DNA of 64,000 nucleotides from Candidatus Zhuqueibacterota bacterium (GCA_016929295.1 JAFGJB010000198.1:6391-70390), one strand, 5' to 3'. Counted from the stretch's first letter, positions 1-9,700 are shown. Numbers and translations are program-made. Notes: a model not told the origin generated them from the letters alone.

Positions 1-172
1 CGATGTCTTCACCCTCGATAATCGCAGCATCGCGCGCGTCGGCGTCGGTTACAAGATCAACACGTTCCTGATCTTGTATCTCGACTATATCTGGACGTTC
101 GAGGAGACCGCCCCGGGCAGCAATCATTTTCGCCCGCAAGAAAGATTTGAACCGAAACTGGTTCTCTCTCAT
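1..172 (-). CDS. N-terminal part of a gene that runs off the left edge; possibly an inositol-monophosphatase/SuhB-family protein
   Basis: The minus-strand frame is open from an ATG (complement of 170-172) to the window edge. It is absent from the ORF track because it has no stop in the window. Translation: MRENQFRFKSFLRAKMIAARGGLLERPDIVEIQDQERVDLVTDADARDAAIIEGEDI. The DLVTDAD stretch resembles the N-terminal DxVTxxD motif of IMPase-family proteins. Confidence 0.3.
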   Translation of the reverse strand, partial: MRENQFRFKSFLRAKMIAARGGLLERPDIVEIQDQERVDLVTDADARDAAIIEGEDI

Positions 173-184
173 AAATTTTGAGCT

Positions 185-910
185 ATGCATAAAGTCAGGG
201 GACATGTGGGCCAGCGATTCAATCGCTTGGCCCACTCATTTTTTACTGTTTTTGTCGATTTCATCTTTCCGCCGACTTGCCTGGTCTGTCACCATCGCCT
301 TGCTCCGGCGCATCGTTTTGTGTGCGATGCCTGCTGGAATGCTTTCAAGCCGCTGCGACGACAGCTACTGCCGATTGCAATGACGAATTTGCTGCAGGAT
401 GAGGAAAAACACTTTTCGCACTCTTTCGCCTTGTTTGAATATTCAGCGGACATTCAGCATCTCATTCACATGATGAAATACAAGTCGATGCCCGGCCTTG
501 CCGCGCGCTTTGGGGCGGAGATCGGCGCCGCCCTCGCTCGCTGCGATCAGCTGCGCGATGTCGATGCGATTGTGCCGGTTCCCCTTCATCCGCTTCGTCT
601 GCGCGAGCGCGGCTATAATCAGGCCGCTCTCATGGCGCGAGAGATCGGCAGAGCGCTGCAGCGGCCGGTGCTCGATCGAGCGTTGCAACGGCGTCGTTAC
701 ACCCGGCAACAGGCCAAATTTGACAAGAGCGACAGAGCCCGCAATGTTCGCGATGCTTTCGAGCTGCGTCGGCAGGAGTGCGTGCGCGATAAAAACATCA
801 TCCTCGTGGATGACGTGCTGACGACCGGCAGCACGATGAATGCCTGCGCCAGAGTGTTGACAGAAGCCGGTGTCCGCACGTTGATGGCGGTCACGATTGT
901 ACGAGTTTGA
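185..910 (+). CDS. comF: ComF-family phosphoribosyltransferase-like protein
   Basis: N-terminal Cys pairs (PPTCLVCHH ... VCDACW) are followed by a C-terminal PRPP-binding loop (IILVDDVLTTGSTMNACA). This architecture is typical of ComF/GntX proteins. Confidence 0.75.
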   Translation: MHKVRGHVGQRFNRLAHSFFTVFVDFIFPPTCLVCHHRLAPAHRFVCDACWNAFKPLRRQLLPIAMTNLLQDEEKHFSHSFALFEYSADIQHLIHMMKYKSMPGLAARFGAEIGAALARCDQLRDVDAIVPVPLHPLRLRERGYNQAALMAREIGRALQRPVLDRALQRRRYTRQQAKFDKSDRARNVRDAFELRRQECVRDKNIILVDDVLTTGSTMNACARVLTEAGVRTLMAVTIVRV

Positions 911-932
911 TCTGTCTATCCTTTCTTATCGC

Positions 933-961
933 TTGACTTTTTGCGCAAATATTCTTATAAT
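933..961 (+). promoter_or_regulatory. Sigma-70 type promoter for gap-tpiA-secG
   Basis: TTGACT (933-938), a 17-nt spacer, then TATAAT (956-961). It lies about 105 nt upstream of the gap ATG. Confidence 0.6.
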
Positions 962-1053
962 TTATAGTTTATGTTTTTTGGTTTTTTACGCCTGCACTGC
1001 AGGGGTAAATGACGATCGGTTTTTCGAAATATGCAAATGGTTACTGAACTTGA

Positions 1054-2073
<1,020 letters not shown>

Positions 2074-2149
2074 CGCCGGGCTATGGGTGGAACATTCCAT
2101 GATTATATTTGTTAAATGGATGGCAGTTGAAAAATAGACCGTTGGCAGG

Positions 2150-2902
2150 ATGATGATGCGAAAAAGAATTGTTGCCGGCAACTGGAAAATGAACACCAAC
2201 ATTGAGCAAGCTGTCAAGCTGGCTCTGGACATCAAAGCGCAATACAAAGGTTCTGAGGTTGATGTTGTTTTATGTCCACCTTTTACAAATCTTTATGCCG
2301 TGCATCGAGTCATCCAGGATACAACAATCAAGCTGGGCGCCCAGGATTTATACTGGAAAGACGGCGGCGCCTATACCGGCCAGATTTCTGCCGGCATGCT
2401 CACGTCCGTCGGCTGTCAGTTTGTCATCATCGGCCACTCTGAACGGCGGCAGTTTTTTGGCGAAACCGATGAGAGCGTCAATAAAAAAATCAAAAAAGCG
2501 CTCGACTATCATTTGACCCCGATCGTTTGTGTCGGAGAATGGCTCGAGCAAAGAGAAGCAAATGAAACGGAAACGGTCGTCGCGCGTCAAATAAGAGGCG
2601 CGCTGGCAGGTCTGGACGCAGATGACGTGGCAAAACTGGTGATCGCTTATGAACCGGTGTGGGCGATTGGCACCGGCAAAGTGGCGACGCCGGCACAGGC
2701 CCAGGATGTGCACCGCTTCATCCGCACTCTGCTGGCCGAGATGTCCGGCGAGGCGACGGCCGATGGAATTCGAATTCAATATGGCGGCAGCATGAAGCCG
2801 GACAATGCCGCCGAGCTGCTGGCTCAGCCGGATATTGATGGCGGACTCATCGGTGGCGCCAGCTTGAAAGCCGATTCGTTTCTGGGTATTGTGAACGCCT
2901 AG
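2150..2902 (+). CDS. tpiA: Triose-phosphate isomerase
   Basis: Motifs VAGNWKMN, IIGHSERR and AYEPVWAIGTG. Confidence 0.95.
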   Translation: MMMRKRIVAGNWKMNTNIEQAVKLALDIKAQYKGSEVDVVLCPPFTNLYAVHRVIQDTTIKLGAQDLYWKDGGAYTGQISAGMLTSVGCQFVIIGHSERRQFFGETDESVNKKIKKALDYHLTPIVCVGEWLEQREANETETVVARQIRGALAGLDADDVAKLVIAYEPVWAIGTGKVATPAQAQDVHRFIRTLLAEMSGEATADGIRIQYGGSMKPDNAAELLAQPDIDGGLIGGASLKADSFLGIVNA

Positions 2903-2916
2903 GTTGTGGAGAAAGT

Positions 2917-3261
2917 ATGATTTACGCGATTTTAATCGGAATTTTTGTAATCGTTGCATTTTTGCTTGTTTTTGTTATATTGATTCAATCTGGCAAAGGC
3001 GGCGGTTTGGCGGGCATCGCCGGCGGCGGCATGAATCAGTTGTTCGGCGGACAAGGGAGCGCCCCTTTTCTGACGCGAGCGACGGCCATCCTGGCGGCAG
3101 CCTTTATGGTCATTGCGCTCATCCTGGGCATGATCACGCAGGGAACAGAAGATCAGACATCGATCATGCAGCGAGAGCGCGAACGACGGATGTCATCGCC
3201 CGCTCGCACGCTGCCGGAAGTGATGCCGACAGATGAGGGCGGCGCATTGCCGGGACAATAA
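2917..3261 (+). CDS. secG: Preprotein translocase subunit SecG
   Basis: Small two-TM protein with the LIQSGKGGGLAG motif. It sits directly after tpiA, a common arrangement. Confidence 0.85.
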   Translation: MIYAILIGIFVIVAFLLVFVILIQSGKGGGLAGIAGGGMNQLFGGQGSAPFLTRATAILAAAFMVIALILGMITQGTEDQTSIMQRERERRMSSPARTLPEVMPTDEGGALPGQ

Positions 3262-3282
3262 ATTTGTAGCATTGTTTTTGCA

Positions 3283-3366
3283 GCCGAAGTGGTGGAATTG
3301 GTAGACACGCTATCTTGAGGGGGTAGTGCCTGACCGGGTGTGCGGGTTCGAATCCCGCCTTCGGCA
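3283..3366 (+). tRNA. tRNA-Leu (anticodon GAG), class II with a long variable arm
   Basis: Hand-folded cloverleaf. Acceptor GCCGAAG/CTTCGGC plus discriminator A. Anticodon stem CTATC/GGTAG with loop TTGAGGG. T-arm GCGGG-TTCGAAT-CCCGC. Confidence 0.9.
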
Positions 3367-3410
3367 CAATTTTAGCAATTTGCAGATCAATTAAACAATA
3401 GGAGAAGCGC

Positions 3411-4448
3411 ATGCAAACAAGAAACGCCTCGAAATTTTTAACATCTTTCGTCGTCGTTCTTTTTCTGCTAGGAGTTGTTCTCGCTCAGAGTATTGAGGCG
3501 AAGAAAGCTCAGTATGATGAAAAAGTCAGGGCGCTCAAAGAAGTCAGCGTGAAGATGTCCGCTCAAGGCATTACGACGGATGAGTACAACAAGCTCAAAG
3601 AACAATATGACGCGCTGAACGGCGAAATACTCAGGCTGCAAAACGATCTCAATTCTGATCAGGATTATGCCAAGAAAATGAATGACGCCAAATTGGCCTT
3701 CAATGAAGGGAATACACTTTTCAAACAGGGTCAATATGATGAAGCAGTAGCAGCTTATGATAAATCTTTGCAGTTAGATCCAAGTAACTCCAATGCTTAC
3801 CAGGGAAAAGGTTTGACTCTGGCAAAACAGCGAAAATATGATGAGGCGATCGCCGCCTATGAAAAAGCTGTCAAAGCAGATCCGACCAACTATTCCGCAT
3901 TTGCCGCCATGGGAAAGACGTATTATGATAAAAAGGACTTTAAAAATGCCGTGAATGCTTACCAGCAAGCCGTTGAAATCAATCCGCAACGCGAGACCAA
4001 TATTTACATGCTGGCGCTGTGCTACAATAACATCAAAGACACAAAGAACGCTATCAAGTACTTCACTATGGCAACTCAGGTCAAACCGGACTATGAAAAA
4101 GCTTACAATAGTCTGGGAGAGGCCTATATGACCGATGGTCAGGTCGAAAATGCCATAACAGCGTTCGAAATGGCCATCTCGATCGACGATAAATATGACG
4201 AAGCCTATTATCGATTGGCTGCCGCGAATAATAAAACAGGTCGCTATCAGGAAGCCCTGGAGGCTGCTCAGAACTGTCTGAAAGTGACAAAAAAATTTAA
4301 AGGGGCAGCTAACTTTGAGGCGGGCACTGCCGCCAAAAAACTCGGCAGGCTTGACGAAGCTAAGAAATATTTTGAAGCGTCGGCGAGTGATCGTCAATGG
4401 CGCAAGTCAGCTGAATACGAACTCGATTTGCTCAGCAAGGGATTATAA
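3411..4448 (+). CDS. Secreted tetratricopeptide-repeat protein
   Basis: Signal peptide ending VLA|QS, a coiled-coil region, then repeated 34-aa TPR units (A..Y.kal.ldP.n..a...G). Confidence 0.7.
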   Translation: MQTRNASKFLTSFVVVLFLLGVVLAQSIEAKKAQYDEKVRALKEVSVKMSAQGITTDEYNKLKEQYDALNGEILRLQNDLNSDQDYAKKMNDAKLAFNEGNTLFKQGQYDEAVAAYDKSLQLDPSNSNAYQGKGLTLAKQRKYDEAIAAYEKAVKADPTNYSAFAAMGKTYYDKKDFKNAVNAYQQAVEINPQRETNIYMLALCYNNIKDTKNAIKYFTMATQVKPDYEKAYNSLGEAYMTDGQVENAITAFEMAISIDDKYDEAYYRLAAANNKTGRYQEALEAAQNCLKVTKKFKGAANFEAGTAAKKLGRLDEAKKYFEASASDRQWRKSAEYELDLLSKGL

Positions 4449-4470
4449 ACAGCGCTCGATATAAAAATTT

Positions 4471-4508
4471 AAAGCCCACACTTGTCCGAGTGTGGGCTTT
4501 TGTTGTTT
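4471..4508 (+). terminator. Rho-independent terminator
   Basis: 11-bp stem AAAGCCCACAC/GTGTGGGCTTT, an 8-nt loop, then a T-rich tail. Confidence 0.8.
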
Positions 4509-4530
4509 CATGTACAAAAATGTCATAAAA

Positions 4531-5433
4531 ATGTCTTTTTACAGCCGACGACAATTCATATCCTCCTCTCTGAAAACGGCGGCGGCGCTGACCTGGCTGC
4601 CTCCTCTGCAAGCGACCGAGCCGCCAAAGCTCGTCGTCGTGCGACAGGCGTCTGCGGCTGAACTTGTTGAAGGCGCAATCGGTCTCCTCGGCGGCATGTC
4701 ACGCTTTGTGAAAAAAGGGCAATCGGTTCTCGTAAAGCCGAATATGAGCTGGGACCGTCTGCCGGAACAGGCCGCAACGACCAATCCGGAGGCGGTCGCA
4801 AAGGTTGTTGAATTGTGCCGGAAGGCCGGGGCGCGACAGATTCGCGTGATCGACCGTACGTGCAATCAACCGCAGCGGTGCTATCGACAAAGCGGTATTG
4901 AAAGAGCGGCCAAAGACGCCGGCGCACAGGTGCGGCATATTGTCCCCAGTCGATTTCGCGATGTCTCCATACCCGATGGCCTGCTGCTCAGATCGTGGCC
5001 GATTTATGAGGATGTGTTTGGCTTTGATGTGATCATCAATATGCCCATCGCCAAGAGCCATAACATCTCCGGTGTCACGCTGGGAATGAAAAATATAATG
5101 GGATTGCTCGGTGGCAATCGCGGTGAGCTGCACGTCGATTTTGATACAAAAATAGTCGATCTGAATAGCGTCATTCGCCCGGCACTGACCATCATTGATG
5201 CGTATCGTATTCTGCGGAGAAACGGCCCCTCCGGCGGCAGCCTGCAAGATGTCGAGGAAAAAAGGATCGTCATCGCCGGCACAGATCCTGTTGCCACCGA
5301 TGCATACGCGTGCCGACTGTTTGATTTGATGCCGGAGCAGGTCGCTTACCTGCAGCAGGCTCATGCCCGCGGTCTTGGCGAACTGGATGTGGCAAAAGTT
5401 CCGGCAAAGGAATTCAACTTTATGGCAAATTGA
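4531..5433 (+). CDS. Twin-arginine-signal DUF362-domain protein
   Basis: Tat leader MSFYSRRQFISSSLKTAAALTWLPPLQA. The body (VLVKPN..., NMPIAKSH..GVTLGMKN.MG) looks like DUF362. I chose the start at 4531 because the longer ORF (4492) begins inside the upstream terminator hairpin. Confidence 0.6.
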   Translation: MSFYSRRQFISSSLKTAAALTWLPPLQATEPPKLVVVRQASAAELVEGAIGLLGGMSRFVKKGQSVLVKPNMSWDRLPEQAATTNPEAVAKVVELCRKAGARQIRVIDRTCNQPQRCYRQSGIERAAKDAGAQVRHIVPSRFRDVSIPDGLLLRSWPIYEDVFGFDVIINMPIAKSHNISGVTLGMKNIMGLLGGNRGELHVDFDTKIVDLNSVIRPALTIIDAYRILRRNGPSGGSLQDVEEKRIVIAGTDPVATDAYACRLFDLMPEQVAYLQQAHARGLGELDVAKVPAKEFNFMAN

Positions 5434-5480
5434 CTGTTTGTCTCTGTCTTTTTTGCAGCAGCTTTTATGATTGGACAAAC

Positions 5481-7013
5481 ATGAGAATCGCTCGTCAGAT
5501 ATCGCAACTCTTTTTTCTCCTCTTGTTCATTTTTTTGTTTTTGCAGGCGCGTTTCCCGTACGACGCGTTATTGCCTTCCGATCTTTTTCTTCGTTCGAGC
5601 CCGTTGGTGGCTTTGACAACATTCCTCTCCTCGCGGACATTGGCTGCAAAACTCGCAATCGGATTGGCAATTTTGCTTTTGACACTGCCTTTCGGCCGCT
5701 TTTTTTGCGGCTGGATTTGTCCCCTGGGGACGACACTTGACGCCGCAGGCAGACTCTTTTTTCGAAATCGCCGTGAAAGAGCGACGCACATCGTACGCAC
5801 ATATCGAACCTGGAAGTATGCGCTACTCATCTTTATCGTCATTGCTGCACTTTTTTCCGTGCAGTTGGCGTGGTTTTTTGATCCGCTCGTTTTGCTGTCG
5901 CGATTTGCGACCGTCGTCTTTTACCCCGTCTTTGTCCTTTTCAGCCAGGGCCTTTTTGATGCAGCGTTTAAAATCGAATTTATGCAGGATCAGGTGTATG
6001 CGTTATATGATTGGGCGCAGAAATGGCTCCTGCCCATTGCGCAGCCGGTCGTGACAAATGGTCTCGCCATCCTGGTCATCTTTATCACGATATTGGCTTT
6101 GGGACTTGTCAGTCGCCGTTTTTGGTGCCGATCCCTGTGCCCTCTTGGCGCGTTGCTGGGACTGTGCTCCAAATATCGGCTTTTACAAAGAAAGGTGGAC
6201 TCTTCGTGCACGTCCTGCGGTCTCTGCCAACGCAGATGTCGGATGGCTGCCATTGGCGAGAATGGCCTGTCGACAAATCCTGCGGAGTGCATTGAATGCG
6301 GCCAATGCGTCGCTGAATGCCCGACGCATTCCATTTCGTATGGATTGGGTCTGAAGCGCCGCAGGGAGGGAAAAGATGTTGATCTGTCACGTCGACGCAT
6401 TCTCATGGCCGGCGTCGCCGGATTATCCTTTGCCCTGTTTTTAAGGATCCCGCGCGCACACGCCCATGGAAAAGTCATTCGTCCTCCGGGAGCGATCAAT
6501 GAGGAGACGTTTTTGCAGAAATGCATTCGCTGCCAGGCCTGCACGCGCATCTGTGCATCAACAGGGGGATGCCTGCAACCCTCTATGAGCGAAACTGATT
6601 TGCAGGGGCTCTGGTCGCCGATTGTCATTGCGCGGATGGGATATTGTGAGTATAACTGCACCCTGTGTGGGCAGGTCTGTCCGACCGGCGCGATACAAGA
6701 GCTGATGCTTGCGCGAAAACAGCAGCTCAAGATCGGCCGGGCATTATTCGACAAGGACGTTTGTATTCCCTGGCGCGAGCACAAAGATTGTCTCGTTTGT
6801 GAAGAGCACTGCCCTCTGCCGCAAAAAGCAATCAGGTTTGATGTCCAGACAGTCAGAACTGGCAGCGGCGAAACAAGAACGGTGAAATTGCCCTATGTCG
6901 TAGCCGAGTTGTGCATCGGCTGCGGTATCTGCGAGACAAAATGTCCTCTTCCGGGTCGACCCGGAATATCTGTTACAGCTGAAGGGAATGAGAGGGTGAA
7001 ATTCGTTTCATAA
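5481..7013 (+). CDS. Polytopic membrane polyferredoxin: NapH/MauN-like N-half fused to a NapG/MauM-like C-half
   Basis: Five to six N-terminal TM helices carry FFCGWICPLGT and RFWCRSLCPLGA. Two clusters follow (CTSCGLCQRRC, CIECGQCVAECP). Next comes an internal SRRRILMAGVAGLSFALFL segment, then RPPGAINEETFLQKCIRCQACTRIC and three further Cys-cluster motifs (CTLCGQVCP, CLVCEEHCP, CIGCGICETKCP). The start is uncertain; a TTG at 5430 is an alternative. Confidence 0.7.
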   Translation: MRIARQISQLFFLLLFIFLFLQARFPYDALLPSDLFLRSSPLVALTTFLSSRTLAAKLAIGLAILLLTLPFGRFFCGWICPLGTTLDAAGRLFFRNRRERATHIVRTYRTWKYALLIFIVIAALFSVQLAWFFDPLVLLSRFATVVFYPVFVLFSQGLFDAAFKIEFMQDQVYALYDWAQKWLLPIAQPVVTNGLAILVIFITILALGLVSRRFWCRSLCPLGALLGLCSKYRLLQRKVDSSCTSCGLCQRRCRMAAIGENGLSTNPAECIECGQCVAECPTHSISYGLGLKRRREGKDVDLSRRRILMAGVAGLSFALFLRIPRAHAHGKVIRPPGAINEETFLQKCIRCQACTRICASTGGCLQPSMSETDLQGLWSPIVIARMGYCEYNCTLCGQVCPTGAIQELMLARKQQLKIGRALFDKDVCIPWREHKDCLVCEEHCPLPQKAIRFDVQTVRTGSGETRTVKLPYVVAELCIGCGICETKCPLPGRPGISVTAEGNERVKFVS

Positions 7014-8749
7014 TGCGTATGCCCATTGTTGCCGATGTTAAGAAAATCATCGCCAAGCTGTCCGGTTTTTTCTTCACTGCCAAAAGAGCAAAGGGAGGGC
7101 CGGAATTCAAGCCGTGGCTCAAGCACTACGATGCCGGCGTCCCAAATGAAATCTATATTCCGGAAATCACTCTCAATGACCTGTTTCAACGCACTGTTCG
7201 GTTGCACCGGAATCAAACCGCATTTTGCTATTTTGGCAGAAAATTTTCTTACCGACAGTTTGACAAAGCGGTAGAGCGCGTCGCTGCGGTCTTGCAGGAA
7301 TTCGGACTTTTAAAAGGTGACCGGGTGGCGTTGATTTTGCCAAACACTCCGCAGTTTCTGATCTCCTATTGGGCAGCACTGCGAATTGGCGCTATCGTCG
7401 TCCCGCTCAATCCGCTGCTGTCCGGCCCGGAGATAGCGACATCATTGAATATTGCCGAACCAAGATTGCTCATTCTGCTTGATCGCATTTATAATAAAAT
7501 CCAACATCGGCTCACAGAGTGCGCCATCCAATACATTGTGCTGACGTCCATTGAATCTTTCATGTCGGTTCAGGCGCGGGTGATCTATTTTATGAAAAGC
7601 ACATTTGCGGCGAGAGAACGGCGGACGAAAACTCGTGCTATAGCGTTCGAAAAATTGGCCGCCGACACCAAAGTGAGATCTGTGAAAGGCGTAAAACCGT
7701 CCGATGCGGCGGTCCTCTTGTTCACCGGCGGGGTGACCGGAACATCCAAAGCCGTTGCATTGACGCATAAAAATTTGCTGGCAAATGTCCTGCAAACGCG
7801 CGCGTGGCTTGGCGACCTGAGAGACGGAACCGATGTCGTCATCGGAGTGTTGCCATTTTTTCACAGCTATGGAATGACCGTATGTCATCATTTGGCCATA
7901 CAGTCCGGATCAATGCTGATCGTCGAACCGCGTTTCAACGCGCAGCGAGTCGTTCGTCTGATAAAAAAGTACAAGGTGACTATTTTCCCGGGAGTCCCGA
8001 CCATGTACCGCGCCATCGTCGACAATGTCAGCGCTGCGAAAAAACGACTCGAACATGTCCGCGTCTGTGTCAGCGGCGGCGCGCCTTTGAGTCCCGACTT
8101 GAAGCGGCAATTTGAAGCGTGGACAGCCAGCACCCTGGTTGAAGGTTATGGCCTCACCGAAGCATCCCCGTTGACACATTGTAATCCGCTCGCCGGGGAA
8201 CAGCACGTCGGCAGTATTGGGCTGCCATGTCCAAACACACAGGCACGAATTGTGCACTTGAAATCCGGCAGGCCGTTGGCGCCGGAGGCGTTGGGAGAAC
8301 TGCAGGTCAAGGGTCCGCAAGTGATGGCGTCATATTGGCGGAATGATGCAGAGACGAAATATGTTCTTTCTGCAGACGGTTGGCTGTCAACCGGCGATAT
8401 CGCGCGCATGGACAAGGACGGATTTTTCTATATCGTCGACCGAAAAAAAGATATCATTCTGATTGGCGGTTTCAACGTCTATCCAAGCGAAGTGGAAGCC
8501 GTCCTTCATCAACATCCCTGCGTCAAAGAATGCGCTGTCACAGGTGTGGAAGATGATTATTATGGACAAGTTGCCAAGGCTTTTGTGGTCCTCTATGCTG
8601 GAGAACAGTGTGACGAAGAGGATTTGCAGCTATTCTGTCAGGAAAAACTGGCCCGTTATAAAATTCCCCGCTATGTCGAATTTGTCGATGATCTGCCCAG
8701 GAATTTTCTTGGCAAGGTTGTCAGAAGAAAGCTGAAAAGAGCAACTTGA
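7013..8749 (+). CDS. Long-chain-fatty-acid--CoA ligase (AMP-dependent synthetase/ligase family)
   Basis: N-terminal WLKHYDAGVP; AMP-binding motif LLFTGGVTGTSKAV; also EGYGLTE, GWLSTGDIA and a C-terminal YKIPRYVEFVDDLPRNFLGKV. The ATG overlaps the upstream TAA by 1 nt. Confidence 0.85.
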   Translation: MRMPIVADVKKIIAKLSGFFFTAKRAKGGPEFKPWLKHYDAGVPNEIYIPEITLNDLFQRTVRLHRNQTAFCYFGRKFSYRQFDKAVERVAAVLQEFGLLKGDRVALILPNTPQFLISYWAALRIGAIVVPLNPLLSGPEIATSLNIAEPRLLILLDRIYNKIQHRLTECAIQYIVLTSIESFMSVQARVIYFMKSTFAARERRTKTRAIAFEKLAADTKVRSVKGVKPSDAAVLLFTGGVTGTSKAVALTHKNLLANVLQTRAWLGDLRDGTDVVIGVLPFFHSYGMTVCHHLAIQSGSMLIVEPRFNAQRVVRLIKKYKVTIFPGVPTMYRAIVDNVSAAKKRLEHVRVCVSGGAPLSPDLKRQFEAWTASTLVEGYGLTEASPLTHCNPLAGEQHVGSIGLPCPNTQARIVHLKSGRPLAPEALGELQVKGPQVMASYWRNDAETKYVLSADGWLSTGDIARMDKDGFFYIVDRKKDIILIGGFNVYPSEVEAVLHQHPCVKECAVTGVEDDYYGQVAKAFVVLYAGEQCDEEDLQLFCQEKLARYKIPRYVEFVDDLPRNFLGKVVRRKLKRAT

Positions 8750-9639
8750 TTTCCCGGATTGATCACAAATTTCATGTTAATGGCCAAATTATTCATAAAA
8801 AAGAGAGACTTGTGAACGAATTCATTCGCATCGAACCCTATCGCAAAGACGGCGTCAAATTCATTCCCGCTCCCCAGTCAGAAAGTGTATTGCCCACGGA
8901 GCTGATGGCGCTTTTTGAAAAGCACGAAAATGATGGCTGGCGCTTTTTTGCCATCGATTTAGTCAATGTGTCACATCTATCGGACGATTTGCTCGTGCTG
9001 ATTTTAGCTGTGACGGCCAGAGTGCGGCGCAAGGGCGGCGAAGTCTATATCCATAATATTCATTATGATCTGTTGGAAGACCTTTTTACATTTAATCCGA
9101 AAAAGTATCTGACCGTTGTGGAAAGCAGCTCGCAAGTGAGACCGCCTGCCCGCCTCAGCAACAGGGTCGCTGTTACGCCACAGCAACAGTCCAGCTGGGT
9201 GGAACCGATTCTGCAGCCGGAAAAAATTGATACGATGGAAATACCCTATGATGAGAACGACATTTACAAAGCGTGTGACTTTGTGACGTCGCACGCCGAA
9301 GCGATGGGTTTCGCTGAAAATGAATTGAGCCGCATCAAAATCGCCGTTTACGAGGCGTGCCTCAATGCCATCCAGCATACGAGAAAGATGAATCTGAGCG
9401 ACAAGGTGATCATTGAAGTTGAATCAAAGGCGCGGACGCTCATAATAAATGTCTATGATCGAGGCGCCGGTTTTAATCCTGATAAAGCGAACAATTACGA
9501 TGTCACGGATGCCGCCTCACATCGCAAAACCGGCGGCATGGGACTGCATATCATCCGTCGCGCTATGGATCAAGTGGACTATCAAATGGACAGCTTGAAG
9601 GGCAATAAATTGATAATGGTGAAGCATTTGAAAGACTAG
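8746..9639 (+). CDS. STAS-like (anti-sigma-antagonist) domain fused to an RsbW/SpoIIAB-type HATPase serine-kinase domain
   Basis: The N-half (FFAIDLVNVSHLSDDLLVLILAVTARVRRKGGEVYIHNIHYDLLEDLF) fits the STAS pattern. The C-half (IKIAVYEACLNAIQH, INVYDRGAGFNP, GGMGLHIIRRAMD) fits the anti-sigma kinase N, G1 and G2 boxes. The TTG start overlapping the upstream TGA is tentative. Confidence 0.6.
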   Translation: MISRIDHKFHVNGQIIHKKERLVNEFIRIEPYRKDGVKFIPAPQSESVLPTELMALFEKHENDGWRFFAIDLVNVSHLSDDLLVLILAVTARVRRKGGEVYIHNIHYDLLEDLFTFNPKKYLTVVESSSQVRPPARLSNRVAVTPQQQSSWVEPILQPEKIDTMEIPYDENDIYKACDFVTSHAEAMGFAENELSRIKIAVYEACLNAIQHTRKMNLSDKVIIEVESKARTLIINVYDRGAGFNPDKANNYDVTDAASHRKTGGMGLHIIRRAMDQVDYQMDSLKGNKLIMVKHLKD

Positions 9640-9700
9640 GATTGCATGCAAAATGGACGGCATGCGATTTCGCTGTTGTGGAGGTCTGAGAGAAAAGAAA

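Noticed and set aside
4492-4530. The longer N-terminal extension of the DUF362 ORF (MGFCCFMYKNVIK...)
   Set aside because: It would start inside the terminator hairpin of the preceding gene. The ATG at 4531 gives a textbook Tat leader.
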